The notes beneath the pieces were generated by a model that saw nothing but the letters and a program-made list of their open reading frames with translations, was not told the origin of the DNA and ran no database searches. Shown here piece after piece: positions 1 to 7,272 of a DNA stretch of 64,000 nucleotides. Origin of the DNA: a virus. Both the position numbers and the translations under genes were made by a program. The stretch lies in IMG/VR virus record IMGVR_UViG_3300036770_005778, positions 11,032 through 75,031 of that record, one strand, 5' to 3'. Each line of letters opens with the position of its first letter. Position 1 is the stretch's first letter.

Positions 1-29
1 TGCCCAGAGTTCCCGCCCACCTTTTTTGG

Positions 30-58
30 TTGACAAATCAGCGACACGACATTATAAT
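30..58 (+). promoter_or_regulatory. sigma70-type early promoter
   Basis: TTGACA(30-35)-N17-TATAAT(53-58), then RBS and ATG at 86. Confidence 0.9.
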
Positions 59-85
59 AGATACATACAGTAAGGAGAGCGAGCA

Positions 86-1300
86 ATGTCAAATTCAGCG
101 ATCATCGAAAAGTTAACCACAGCCCGAGTAGGCCTGCTACTCAAAGCACCGTTCTTCGGCAACATGGCCACCCGCATGAAACTGATCGAATCAGATGACT
201 GGTGCCCGACTGCGGCCACAGACGGACGCAACTTCTTCTACTCTACCAAGTTCGTAGAGAAACTGTCAGTCAAGAAACTAGAGTTCCTGTTCGCACACGA
301 GATCTGCCACGCTATCTTCGATCACTTTGGTCGCGTGGGTTCGCGTGATCGTACCCTGTCTAACATCGCGCAGGACTATGCCGTCAACCAGATCCTCGTA
401 GATGAGCGCATCGGTGAGAAGATCACTGAAGTGCAGATCTGCTACGATCCCAAGTATCGCGGCATGGCCTGGGAAGAGATCTACGATGAACTCTGGGAAA
501 AAGCAGAGAAGATCAGCCTGCCCGAACTGATGAAGCAACTGGGCGATCTGCTTGACGAGCACATCAAAGAAGAAGAGGGTGCCGGTGCTGGCGACAAAGA
601 CAAAGATGGCAAAGGCAAGCCCAGCCTTACCAAAGAAGAAGCAGAGCAGATCCGCCAGGAGATCAAGAATGCTATGATCCAAAGTGCCGCGGCCAGTGGT
701 GCAGGTAAAGTGCCCGCAGGTATCCAGCGTATGATCAAGAACTTGACCGAGCCCAAGATGGATTGGCGTCAACTTGTTCGTCAGGAGATCCAAAGCATCG
801 TCCGCAATGACTATTCTTTTACCCGCCCTAATCGTAAGAGTATGCACTCAGGTGCCATCCTTCCGGGCATGAAAGAGGCTACTACTATCGATGTGGCTAT
901 TGGCATCGATATGAGCGGAAGCATCGGCGATGAGGATGCCAAAGTGTTCTTGAGCGAAGTCAAAGGTATCATGGATCAGTACGAGGACTTCAAGATCAAT
1001 ATCTGGTGCTTTGACACAGAGATCTATAACGCACAAGAGATCACGCACGATAACAGTGAGGACCTCGTTGACTACGAGCCCATGGGCGGTGGTGGCACGG
1101 ACTTTGAAGTCAACTGGACATTCATGCAAGATAATGGTATCCAGCCCAAGAAGTTCATCATGTTCACAGACGGCTACCCTTGCGGTTCGTGGGGTGACGA
1201 AGACTACTGCGATACCATATTCGTTGTCAAAGGCAACGACAAGGCGCAGGCTCCGTTTGGACAGACTGTGATCTACGAGCGGGAGACAGCGGCGGCCTAA
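86..1300 (+). CDS. DUF2201-type metallopeptidase-like N-terminal domain + VWA domain protein
   Basis: HEICH (HExxH) motif; MIDAS DMSGS, GGGGTDF and FTDGY motifs; family usually paired with a MoxR AAA ATPase. Confidence 0.85.
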   Translation: MSNSAIIEKLTTARVGLLLKAPFFGNMATRMKLIESDDWCPTAATDGRNFFYSTKFVEKLSVKKLEFLFAHEICHAIFDHFGRVGSRDRTLSNIAQDYAVNQILVDERIGEKITEVQICYDPKYRGMAWEEIYDELWEKAEKISLPELMKQLGDLLDEHIKEEEGAGAGDKDKDGKGKPSLTKEEAEQIRQEIKNAMIQSAAASGAGKVPAGIQRMIKNLTEPKMDWRQLVRQEIQSIVRNDYSFTRPNRKSMHSGAILPGMKEATTIDVAIGIDMSGSIGDEDAKVFLSEVKGIMDQYEDFKINIWCFDTEIYNAQEITHDNSEDLVDYEPMGGGGTDFEVNWTFMQDNGIQPKKFIMFTDGYPCGSWGDEDYCDTIFVVKGNDKAQAPFGQTVIYERETAAA

Positions 1301-1311
1301 GTGCCGGGGGC

Positions 1312-1329
1312 TGTGGCTTTTTTGCAACA
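1312..1329. repeat. TGTNGC-N6-GCAACA quasi-palindrome, candidate operator
   Basis: TGTGGC-TTTTTT-GCAACA; related copies at 6435, 6860 and 7276. Confidence 0.5.
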
Positions 1330-1359
1330 GGCCCCGCTGTTATACGTGTGCGTACAGAG

Positions 1360-1388
1360 TTGACAAAAGACTTATCCGATCGTATAAT
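1360..1388 (+). promoter_or_regulatory. sigma70-type early promoter
   Basis: TTGACA-N17-TATAAT; GGAGCG RBS downstream. Confidence 0.9.
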
Positions 1389-1420
1389 ATAGATACTGAG
1401 AAACAACTTAGGAGCGAGCA

Positions 1421-1690
1421 ATGAATGATCTAAGAAACATCCTAGTAGACATCCGCAACGGTGATTTCAACAATGATGATCTTAACCTGATCATCGAGGC
1501 CGTCAAGTTCAAGCGAGCACAGAATGCCCGCAAGGCTGCGAATACTCTTAGGATCGGTGAGCAGGTCACGTTCAACGGTAAGAACGGTCCTGTGGTAGGA
1601 CGTCTTGAGCAGATCAAGATCAAAAAGGCCATCGTGGTCAGTGGTATGACCCGTTGGAATGTTCCACTGGCAATGTTGGAGGCTGTATAA
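1421..1690 (+). CDS. hypothetical early protein
   Basis: Promoter + AGGAGCG RBS; 89 aa ORF. Confidence 0.8.
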   Translation: MNDLRNILVDIRNGDFNNDDLNLIIEAVKFKRAQNARKAANTLRIGEQVTFNGKNGPVVGRLEQIKIKKAIVVSGMTRWNVPLAMLEAV

Positions 1691-1818
1691 TGCAACTACT
1701 GATTGGGTTTATCCTAGGAGTCGTGGTGTCTACGATCGGATTCTCGGGCGTGGCCTATTACGCCGATCAAGGCGTCAACAAGATCAAAGAAATCACACAA
1801 GAGGCGACTAACAAATGA
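1690..1818 (+). CDS. small membrane protein (42 aa, not in ORF track)
   Basis: MQLLIGFILGVVVSTIGFSGVAYYADQG...; TAATG overlap upstream, ATGA overlap downstream. Confidence 0.7.
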   Translation: MQLLIGFILGVVVSTIGFSGVAYYADQGVNKIKEITQEATNK

Positions 1819-1994
1819 GCATCATGAAAGACCTAGCCTATGATATCGAACAGATGTGGATCGAAGGATATCGTCCGATCACGATCGCAGGTCTGCTCGA
1901 TTGCCACGTAGACCTAGTCTACGATTGGATCGAGTCCAACAACCTGAGTGCCGACGAGGCTTCGTATGACCCGCACGACACCATCAACTCCTAA
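1815..1994 (+). CDS. small acidic hypothetical protein (59 aa, not in ORF track)
   Basis: MSIMKDLAYDIEQMWIEG...; coupled via ATGA. Confidence 0.7.
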   Translation: MSIMKDLAYDIEQMWIEGYRPITIAGLLDCHVDLVYDWIESNNLSADEASYDPHDTINS

Positions 1995-2074
1995 CCGCGA
2001 TCCTGCGCCGGCAGACGACTCATACGAACTGCCCCCGCATACAGATTAAGAATTGTTCTTGTTGCGCTCCCTTT

Positions 2075-2102
2075 GACCCTGCTCGCATCAGGGTCTTTTT
2101 TT
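2075..2102 (+). terminator. rho-independent terminator
   Basis: GACCCTG-loop-CAGGGTC followed by T-run. Confidence 0.8.
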
Positions 2103-2104
2103 GG

Positions 2105-2133
2105 TTGACAATTGGGTGCTCTGGCTGTAGAAT
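2105..2133 (+). promoter_or_regulatory. sigma70-type early promoter
   Basis: TTGACA-N17-TAGAAT. Confidence 0.85.
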
Positions 2134-2160
2134 AGAGATACTGGATAACAAGGAGCGGCT

Positions 2161-2361
2161 ATGGGCTACACGGTATTCGAGCGGGATGTGAACTACGGAC
2201 CACGTAACGGACTGGAAGGACCCTTCCACTATCCAAACGGGCAGGTCCTGTACTATGATCCCAAAGCGGGCGAGTACTGGGATCCAACCACGGACTTCTA
2301 CGTGCCCAACGAAGATGTGGCTCGTTTGCAACAGACGATCTTCGACTCAATCCGTGGTTGA
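2161..2361 (+). CDS. hypothetical early protein
   Basis: AAGGAGCG RBS; stop TGA lies within the next TTGACA. Confidence 0.8.
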   Translation: MGYTVFERDVNYGPRNGLEGPFHYPNGQVLYYDPKAGEYWDPTTDFYVPNEDVARLQQTIFDSIRG

Positions 2362-2386
2362 CAATTGGACGATTTGGCTGTAGAAT
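2358..2386 (+). promoter_or_regulatory. sigma70-type early promoter
   Basis: TTGACA-N17-TAGAAT. Confidence 0.85.
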
Positions 2387-2420
2387 TATGATACTGGGAA
2401 AACAAAACAAGGAGCGAAAG

Positions 2421-2768
2421 ATGACTGCAACATTCGATACCGTAAAAGTGCAAATGGCCCACGCATTGGCCCTGCATGAAGCCAAACACGCCGCGTATGG
2501 CTTCGCCCATAAGCACATGGGTGGCAAGGATGGCGGACCCTGCGGATTTGCCTGGGTCAACATCTACAAGGTCAGGAAGAACTCCAAACTGGGAAAGGCC
2601 TTGGAGGCAGTAGGGTTCCGTAAATCCTACGATGGCAGTTTCCAACTCTGGAACAAGTGGTGGCCAGGGCAGAGCGTGGATGCGGCCGATGCTGGTGCGT
2701 GTGCCTATGCAGAGACCATGCGCAGAGAATTAGGTCTGGACTTCTACGCAGGTAGCAGGCTGGACTAA
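2421..2768 (+). CDS. hypothetical early protein
   Basis: Start moved to ATG 2421 after AAGGAGCG; contains CGFAWV motif and ends SRLD. Confidence 0.8.
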   Translation: MTATFDTVKVQMAHALALHEAKHAAYGFAHKHMGGKDGGPCGFAWVNIYKVRKNSKLGKALEAVGFRKSYDGSFQLWNKWWPGQSVDAADAGACAYAETMRRELGLDFYAGSRLD

Positions 2769-2830
2769 GTCCCAGGTTGATCGCTGGGCCAGGGTGGGCG
2801 AGCAACCCCCGCCCTGTTAGAACAAATTGG

Positions 2831-2859
2831 TTGACAATTGGACGGTCTGGGCTTATACT
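2831..2859 (+). promoter_or_regulatory. sigma70-type early promoter
   Basis: TTGACA-N17-TATACT. Confidence 0.85.
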
Positions 2860-2889
2860 GTAGGTATAGTGAAAGACAAGGAGCGCGAA

Positions 2890-3138
2890 ATGCAGACAGA
2901 AAAAGAAAAGGTAGTAGGCGCCCTGCGGGGTTGGGAATTCATCCGTGAGCGCCACGGTAGCCTGTTTGATCGCGGCAGTGCCGATTCCTACTACGGTCGG
3001 GCACCTGATCCGCACTACGGTGGCGTTGGTGGCGACAGTGGGATCCGTGTCAAGGTTATGTACACAGAAGCCGTGGCAGAATACATGGCGGGCTACGAGG
3101 ACAACGAGAAGTTCGGTCACAAGAAGGACTACGCCTAA
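2890..3138 (+). CDS. hypothetical early protein
   Basis: Start ATG 2890 after AAGGAGCG. Confidence 0.8.
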   Translation: MQTEKEKVVGALRGWEFIRERHGSLFDRGSADSYYGRAPDPHYGGVGGDSGIRVKVMYTEAVAEYMAGYEDNEKFGHKKDYA

Positions 3139-3485
3139 TGGAAGCGGTCCGTGAGATCACTGCTTGGGATGTAGAGTACCGACAGCCCAATCACATCTAC
3201 CTGCTAGACGGGGACCGTGTTAAGGCCTACATCAAGTGGGGCGAAGGTCCGGTAGAATGGCTGTCAGGAAAGGTCAAGATTGATCGCCGTGGCCGTAAGT
3301 TCGAGAAAGCAGACATTGGTCTGTTCGAAGTTAAAGAAGCAAAGGATCCTGTGATCTTGGAAGTGCCTGGTAGCAAGGGTGCGACCTACTATGTGAACAC
3401 AGAAACTGGGACCTGCACCTGCCCTGGATTCACTTTCCGTGGTGCCTGTAAACACACAAAGGAGTTAGAACTTGAAGACTACTGA
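3138..3485 (+). CDS. SWIM zinc-finger protein
   Basis: C-terminal CTCPGFTFRGACKH = CxC...CxH SWIM motif. Confidence 0.75.
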   Translation: MEAVREITAWDVEYRQPNHIYLLDGDRVKAYIKWGEGPVEWLSGKVKIDRRGRKFEKADIGLFEVKEAKDPVILEVPGSKGATYYVNTETGTCTCPGFTFRGACKHTKELELEDY

Positions 3486-3591
3486 TCAAGAATACGCGAG
3501 ATGGGTTTGGACTACTACGGGCCGTATGTTCCTACAGGCCGTGGCGATCTACGGTGGGCTGTTAGGTGCCTATTGGGTGCTAGTAGGATGA
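3472..3591 (+). CDS. small membrane protein (39 aa, TTG start; not in ORF track)
   Basis: AAGGAG 5' of TTG; MKTTDQEYARWVWTTTGRMFLQAVAIYGGLLGAYWVLVG; ATGA overlap with next gene. Confidence 0.55.
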   Translation: MKTTDQEYARWVWTTTGRMFLQAVAIYGGLLGAYWVLVG

Positions 3592-3836
3592 TCGACCAGT
3601 TCCTTTGGTTCTGCCTGCCTGAGGAGGACAAGAGGTTCTTAGAACCATACAGATCCCCTAAGACCGAGACCAGCCTGTTCAAATGGATACCTGTGGCAGA
3701 AAAGCCACGAGCACGGGATCTCTGCTTGAAACTGGGGCTGCGTGTCCGGGTAGTCTACAGAGGGCCTAGGAAGCGGTGGGCAGCTCACACGGCCCAAGAA
3801 GATGCTACCCATTTCACGGTCTATCCAATCGGTTGA
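3588..3836 (+). CDS. hypothetical protein
   Basis: Start ATG 3588 by ATGA coupling; stop within next TTGACA. Confidence 0.65.
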   Translation: MIDQFLWFCLPEEDKRFLEPYRSPKTETSLFKWIPVAEKPRARDLCLKLGLRVRVVYRGPRKRWAAHTAQEDATHFTVYPIG

Positions 3837-3861
3837 CAATTGGCGGGTTTGGCCGTATAAT
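3833..3861 (+). promoter_or_regulatory. sigma70-type early promoter
   Basis: TTGACA-N17-TATAAT. Confidence 0.9.
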
Positions 3862-3891
3862 GTAAGTATAGTGAAAAACAAGGAGCGAAAA

Positions 3892-4158
3892 ATGACATCA
3901 GCACAATCCAAATTCAACGCATATCTAGACGAATGCCGTGAAACCCGAGAGGCTTTGGGTGCCTTTGAGAAGGCAGTCCACGAAAAGTATGATGGTTCGG
4001 GCTACGCCTATATCGCAGGCTACATGATGACCCAACTACAGGATGCTATCACCCACTTGCCCAAAGCCAAACGGGCAGAGTTCCGTGAGACTTTCCTCCG
4101 TGCAGCCAAGAAGTTCGAGCAAGAGAACCTCATGAAGATGATCAAGGAGACTGCATGA
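3892..4158 (+). CDS. hypothetical early protein
   Basis: Start ATG 3892 after AAGGAGCG. Confidence 0.8.
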   Translation: MTSAQSKFNAYLDECRETREALGAFEKAVHEKYDGSGYAYIAGYMMTQLQDAITHLPKAKRAEFRETFLRAAKKFEQENLMKMIKETA

Positions 4159-4343
4159 TCACCAACATCAACTATCTGAAGACAGCCATAGGAGTCCTCG
4201 AACAAGGGCAGACTCCTATGACGGAAGCCAAGATCCTTAAGATCATGCGGGATATCTGCGAGATGAACATCCAGCGGATCGAGCAGAATTTGGTTGACAA
4301 AGTAGAAGATCGGTTGTATAATAAAGATACAGTAAACGAATAG
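4155..4343 (+). CDS. hypothetical protein
   Basis: AAGGAG RBS, ATGA overlap. Confidence 0.65.
   Translation: MITNINYLKTAIGVLEQGQTPMTEAKILKIMRDICEMNIQRIEQNLVDKVEDRLYNKDTVNE
4294..4322 (+). promoter_or_regulatory. sigma70-type early promoter
   Basis: TTGACA-N17-TATAAT inside upstream ORF. Confidence 0.85.
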
Positions 4344-4352
4344 GAGCGAACT

Positions 4353-4469
4353 ATGGAATTTGAAGATCTGTTTGATGATGTAGACGAAACTGTGATAGAT
4401 GAAGATCTAGACATCGACGAAGCAGTAGATATCCTCTACGATGCGATCTATGGAGACGACAATGCCTAA
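4353..4469 (+). CDS. very acidic 38-aa peptide (not in ORF track)
   Basis: Promoter + AGGAGCG RBS; MEFEDLFDDVDETVIDEDLDIDEAVDILYDAIYGDDNA. Confidence 0.75.
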   Translation: MEFEDLFDDVDETVIDEDLDIDEAVDILYDAIYGDDNA

Positions 4470-5085
4470 TTGGTGCTCGAATTACATTTCCGTGCGCGGT
4501 CGTAGACAAGAGGCCGTGCAGAAGTTGGCGGATGCCTTTGATGCAGGTGAATTCTGCAATGCAGTGATCCCCTGTCCAGAAGATCTACTGCGTGATGGCA
4601 GTAGCACCCACGGCGGTCCTAACGCAGATGCCTACGACCAGATCCGTGCAGAGAACAAGGCCAAACACGGCTACGACAACTGGTATGACTTCAATGTGGC
4701 CAATTGGGGAACCAAATGGGACATCACTGTCAGTTCAGAGTGCGAGCGTGACGAAGACGGATTGAGTTTCAGCGGACAGTTCGACACAGCCTGGTCGCCA
4801 CCTATGGGCATCGTAGAGCGATTGACCCAGCAGGGCTACGATGTCACCCTCTACTACTACGAGCCGGGCATGGGCTTTGTAGGCAAGTATGAGGACGGTG
4901 TAGATGACTACTATGAACTGTCAGGTTTGGACAGTTCCACCGTGGCGGCCACCATCGGTGACGAATTGGACGACTTCTTTGGCATCTCTGAACAGATGGC
5001 CGAATACGAGTCAGAGCAGGAAGAAGAAGAGCTCACAGAATGGATCAAAGATGGCGCTGACAAGCGTGGATTGGTCACTGTATGA
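4462..5085 (+). CDS. DUF1281/YubB-like (ferredoxin-like fold) phage protein
   Basis: MPNWCSN start, WYDF..NWGTKWD, FDTAWSPP and YYEPGMGFVG motifs. Confidence 0.75.
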   Translation: MPNWCSNYISVRGRRQEAVQKLADAFDAGEFCNAVIPCPEDLLRDGSSTHGGPNADAYDQIRAENKAKHGYDNWYDFNVANWGTKWDITVSSECERDEDGLSFSGQFDTAWSPPMGIVERLTQQGYDVTLYYYEPGMGFVGKYEDGVDDYYELSGLDSSTVAATIGDELDDFFGISEQMAEYESEQEEEELTEWIKDGADKRGLVTV

Positions 5086-5273
5086 GAACTTACCGTTTCC
5101 AATTTGAAGTGATCTGTGCCGGCCAAGGTCGGCCCGATCTCAAGAGAGTCGAAGACATGCTGGATCTCAGCATGCAGGATCTGGTCATGGACGACGAGTT
5201 TGTCGCCGCCCTAGACGAGACGGAAGCGGTGACCATCCAGGTTACGCCGCTGTTTGGTGATACAGATGGTTGA
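5082..5273 (+). CDS. hypothetical protein
   Basis: ATGA coupling; stop within next TTGACA. Confidence 0.7.
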   Translation: MRTYRFQFEVICAGQGRPDLKRVEDMLDLSMQDLVMDDEFVAALDETEAVTIQVTPLFGDTDG

Positions 5274-5298
5274 CATCTGGATTGGTTGAGTATATAAT
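5270..5298 (+). promoter_or_regulatory. sigma70-type promoter
   Basis: TTGACA-N17-TATAAT. Confidence 0.85.
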
Positions 5299-5346
5299 TA
5301 ATATACTTGGTAGTTAGTTAACGCACACACACTTAGGAGATTTAGA

Positions 5347-5661
5347 ATGGCAACTTCAAAGACTTTCGCTGTAGCAGGTGTTTCCACCCACAAAGACGGC
5401 ACCAAGATCCGTTTCGCCAACGATGCGGCTCGCGTCAAGATCTTGATCAAGAACGGACACACGGACATCGAGCTGATCGACCTGCCCCGGGAGATGACCA
5501 AGGCAGAGATCGCCCAATACCTGTTCGAAACCGACTTCGCTAAAGGTCGTGTTGCGGTCATGGACGCGATCAAGGATCTAGCCAAAAAGAACCGTGTGAA
5601 GGCAGTGCCTGAAGTAAGTAAAAGTACCACTGCCGCGAAGGCAGAGGCCGTCGCCCAGTAA
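5347..5661 (+). CDS. hypothetical protein with Lys/Ala-rich C-terminus
   Basis: AGGAG RBS, own promoter and terminator. Confidence 0.8.
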   Translation: MATSKTFAVAGVSTHKDGTKIRFANDAARVKILIKNGHTDIELIDLPREMTKAEIAQYLFETDFAKGRVAVMDAIKDLAKKNRVKAVPEVSKSTTAAKAEAVAQ

Positions 5662-5696
5662 GACCGATTCGCTCCCGGTTTGGGTGACACTTGGGG

Positions 5697-5730
5697 GGCT
5701 GCTTTAACGGGCAGCCCTCTTTTTTTTCTT
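5697..5730 (+). terminator. rho-independent terminator
   Basis: GGGCTGC-loop-GCAGCCC followed by T-run. Confidence 0.8.
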
Positions 5731-5745
5731 CGGAGTAAATACAAG

Positions 5746-6129
5746 ATGATCATCGAATTCCTTATAGTCTTTGCTGTGGGTTTTTGGTTGGGCAGCCTCT
5801 TCCGGGGTGCCTGGATGGCTCTGAGTTTCCGTGAAATCCTCAAGGATCTAGGAGTCACTGATCAGCAACTGCGTAACCTAGCAAAGAAGAATGGCCTAGA
5901 TCTCGATGATCCAGAACCCACTGCTCGAAATGAGAAAGACGATCTTCCGGTGCTAGAAGTCCGCATCGAACAGCATCCAGAAGGCCTGTTCGCATATCGC
6001 AAAGAGGACAACTTCTTTATCGCACAGGGCTCAGACCGCACCACACTGATGGAGAACCTGGTCAACAACCTCACCAACGTCAGGGTCGTGGTAGCCAAAG
6101 AAGACGGGGCTGATCTGATCAACCCCTAG
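5746..6129 (+). CDS. membrane-anchored hypothetical protein
   Basis: Start ATG 5746, 4 nt after TAAATA; N-terminal hydrophobic helix. Confidence 0.7.
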   Translation: MIIEFLIVFAVGFWLGSLFRGAWMALSFREILKDLGVTDQQLRNLAKKNGLDLDDPEPTARNEKDDLPVLEVRIEQHPEGLFAYRKEDNFFIAQGSDRTTLMENLVNNLTNVRVVVAKEDGADLINP

Positions 6130-6132
6130 GCA

Positions 6133-6150
6133 GTTAGTAAGCACTTACTT
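6133..6150. repeat. left boundary palindrome of the TC/CC-free island
   Basis: GTTAGTAAGCACTTACTT; core AGTAAG-CA-CTTACT (6136-6149) is a perfect inverted repeat. Confidence 0.7.
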
Positions 6151-6184
6151 AATCCCGACTACGTTACTACACTATTATAAAAAA

Positions 6185-6250
6185 CACTTGCAAATTGGGC
6201 TGTGTTGCGCTATAATGTTTTTGTGTTAGTTAATAAGCAAATAGGAGCGT
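6185..6250 (+). repeat. 66-bp promoter/RBS cassette, copy 1 (TTGCAA-N17-TATAAT)
   Basis: Matches 6464-6529 with 3 mismatches; -35 at 6188, -10 at 6211. Confidence 0.9.
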
Positions 6251-6253
6251 AAT

Positions 6254-6439
6254 ATGCAACAAGTAAACAATGTTTTAGTAGCACTGCAAACAGCACACGC
6301 AACAGTGCGCATGGCTAAAGACTACGAGCAAGAAGAAGCAGTAAACGACACAGCGTTTGCAATTGTGGAACTACTGCGCACACTGCACGACAACGATTTT
6401 GACATTGCAGATTTAGCACAGCAAGCGTTAGAGATGTAG
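6254..6439 (+). CDS. island gene 1, small acidic proline-free protein
   Basis: Own promoter and AGGAGCG RBS; 61 aa. Confidence 0.8.
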   Translation: MQQVNNVLVALQTAHATVRMAKDYEQEEAVNDTAFAIVELLRTLHDNDFDIADLAQQALEM

Positions 6440-6463
6440 CATAAACGCAACAGCACTACACAG

Positions 6464-6529
6464 CACTTGCAATTTGGGCTGTGTAGTGCTATAATGTTTT
6501 TGTGTTAGTTAATAAGCAAATAGGAGCGT
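6464..6529 (+). repeat. 66-bp promoter/RBS cassette, copy 2; -35 in loop of a 13-bp hairpin
   Basis: TTGCAA 6467, TATAAT 6490; AGCACTACACAGC(6452-6464)/GCTGTGTAGTGCT(6478-6490). Confidence 0.9.
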
Positions 6530-6531
6530 GT

Positions 6532-6864
6532 ATGTTAAAAATTACAAACACTACAGTAGAGCGTGATGAAGAAGAAGGCATGACTTACACGAGCTATGAC
6601 GTAGAAGGCTTTGCTACGCTAGACGGTACGAGCATTTGGGACTACGACTATGCTAAGGAAGGCACACAGGTTAAAGTTACGCACATAGGCGTGACGGAGT
6701 ACGACGACGAAGATTACGGCAAGAGCATTTATGTGACGCACGACAAAGGCTGGGAGATTTACACAGACAGAGGCTTTGAGCAGAGCATTAGTAGTGTGCT
6801 GGGCTTTGACGTTACGTTTACAGAGCAAGGCATGCAAGACGACGAACTTGCGAGCATGGAGTAA
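6532..6864 (+). CDS. island gene 2, strongly acidic proline-free protein
   Basis: Start ATG 6532 after AGGAGCG; 110 aa, about 26 D/E versus 7 K/R. Confidence 0.8.
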   Translation: MLKITNTTVERDEEEGMTYTSYDVEGFATLDGTSIWDYDYAKEGTQVKVTHIGVTEYDDEDYGKSIYVTHDKGWEIYTDRGFEQSISSVLGFDVTFTEQGMQDDELASME

Positions 6865-6875
6865 CTTTTACGCAA

Positions 6876-6914
6876 CACTACGCACTTGACATTTTGGGTG
6901 CGTAGTGCTATAAT
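6876..6914 (+). promoter_or_regulatory. sigma70-type promoter with -35 in loop of a 10-bp hairpin
   Basis: TTGACA 6886-N17-TATAAT 6909; CACTACGCAC(6876-6885)/GTGCGTAGTG(6898-6907). Confidence 0.9.
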
Positions 6915-6942
6915 GCTTACACACTAAACAAACGGAGCGAAT

Positions 6943-7260
6943 ATGCAACTAGCAACTACAAAACAAACACGTAAAATTGTAAGCAACTACTTTAACGGTA
7001 TTAGTTTTAGCGGTAACAGTTGGACAGACAAGTGTGCAGGCGACGAGACTATGCGGCGTGTGGCGTTTAAGATTTGCGGCGGTAGCATGGAAGCAACTAG
7101 GCTAGAAACTATACGCAAAGACTTGCAGGCGCTGTTTATGCTGGCAGGCTTTGCTAACGAAGTTAAAACAACGGACAGCACGAGCAAGCGTGTAGGGCTT
7201 TTGGCATACTGTAGGGACGACAGCGGTTGCTACGTGCGTGTTAAAGCACGGGCAAGTTAG
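6943..7260 (+). CDS. island gene 3, basic proline-free protein
   Basis: GGAGCG RBS; 105 aa; all Ser codons AGY. Confidence 0.8.
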   Translation: MQLATTKQTRKIVSNYFNGISFSGNSWTDKCAGDETMRRVAFKICGGSMEATRLETIRKDLQALFMLAGFANEVKTTDSTSKRVGLLAYCRDDSGCYVRVKARAS

Positions 7261-7271
7261 CACTAACTAAC
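7254..7271. repeat. right boundary palindrome of the TC/CC-free island
   Basis: AAGTTAGCACTAACTAAC; core AGTTAG-CA-CTAACT (7255-7268); reverse complement matches 6133-6150 at 14/18. Confidence 0.7.
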
Positions 7272-7272
7272 A

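Noticed and set aside
1995-2102. tRNA in this or other intergenic gaps
   Set aside because: No cloverleaf or T-loop GTTCRA pattern recognised; tRNAscan-SE would be decisive.
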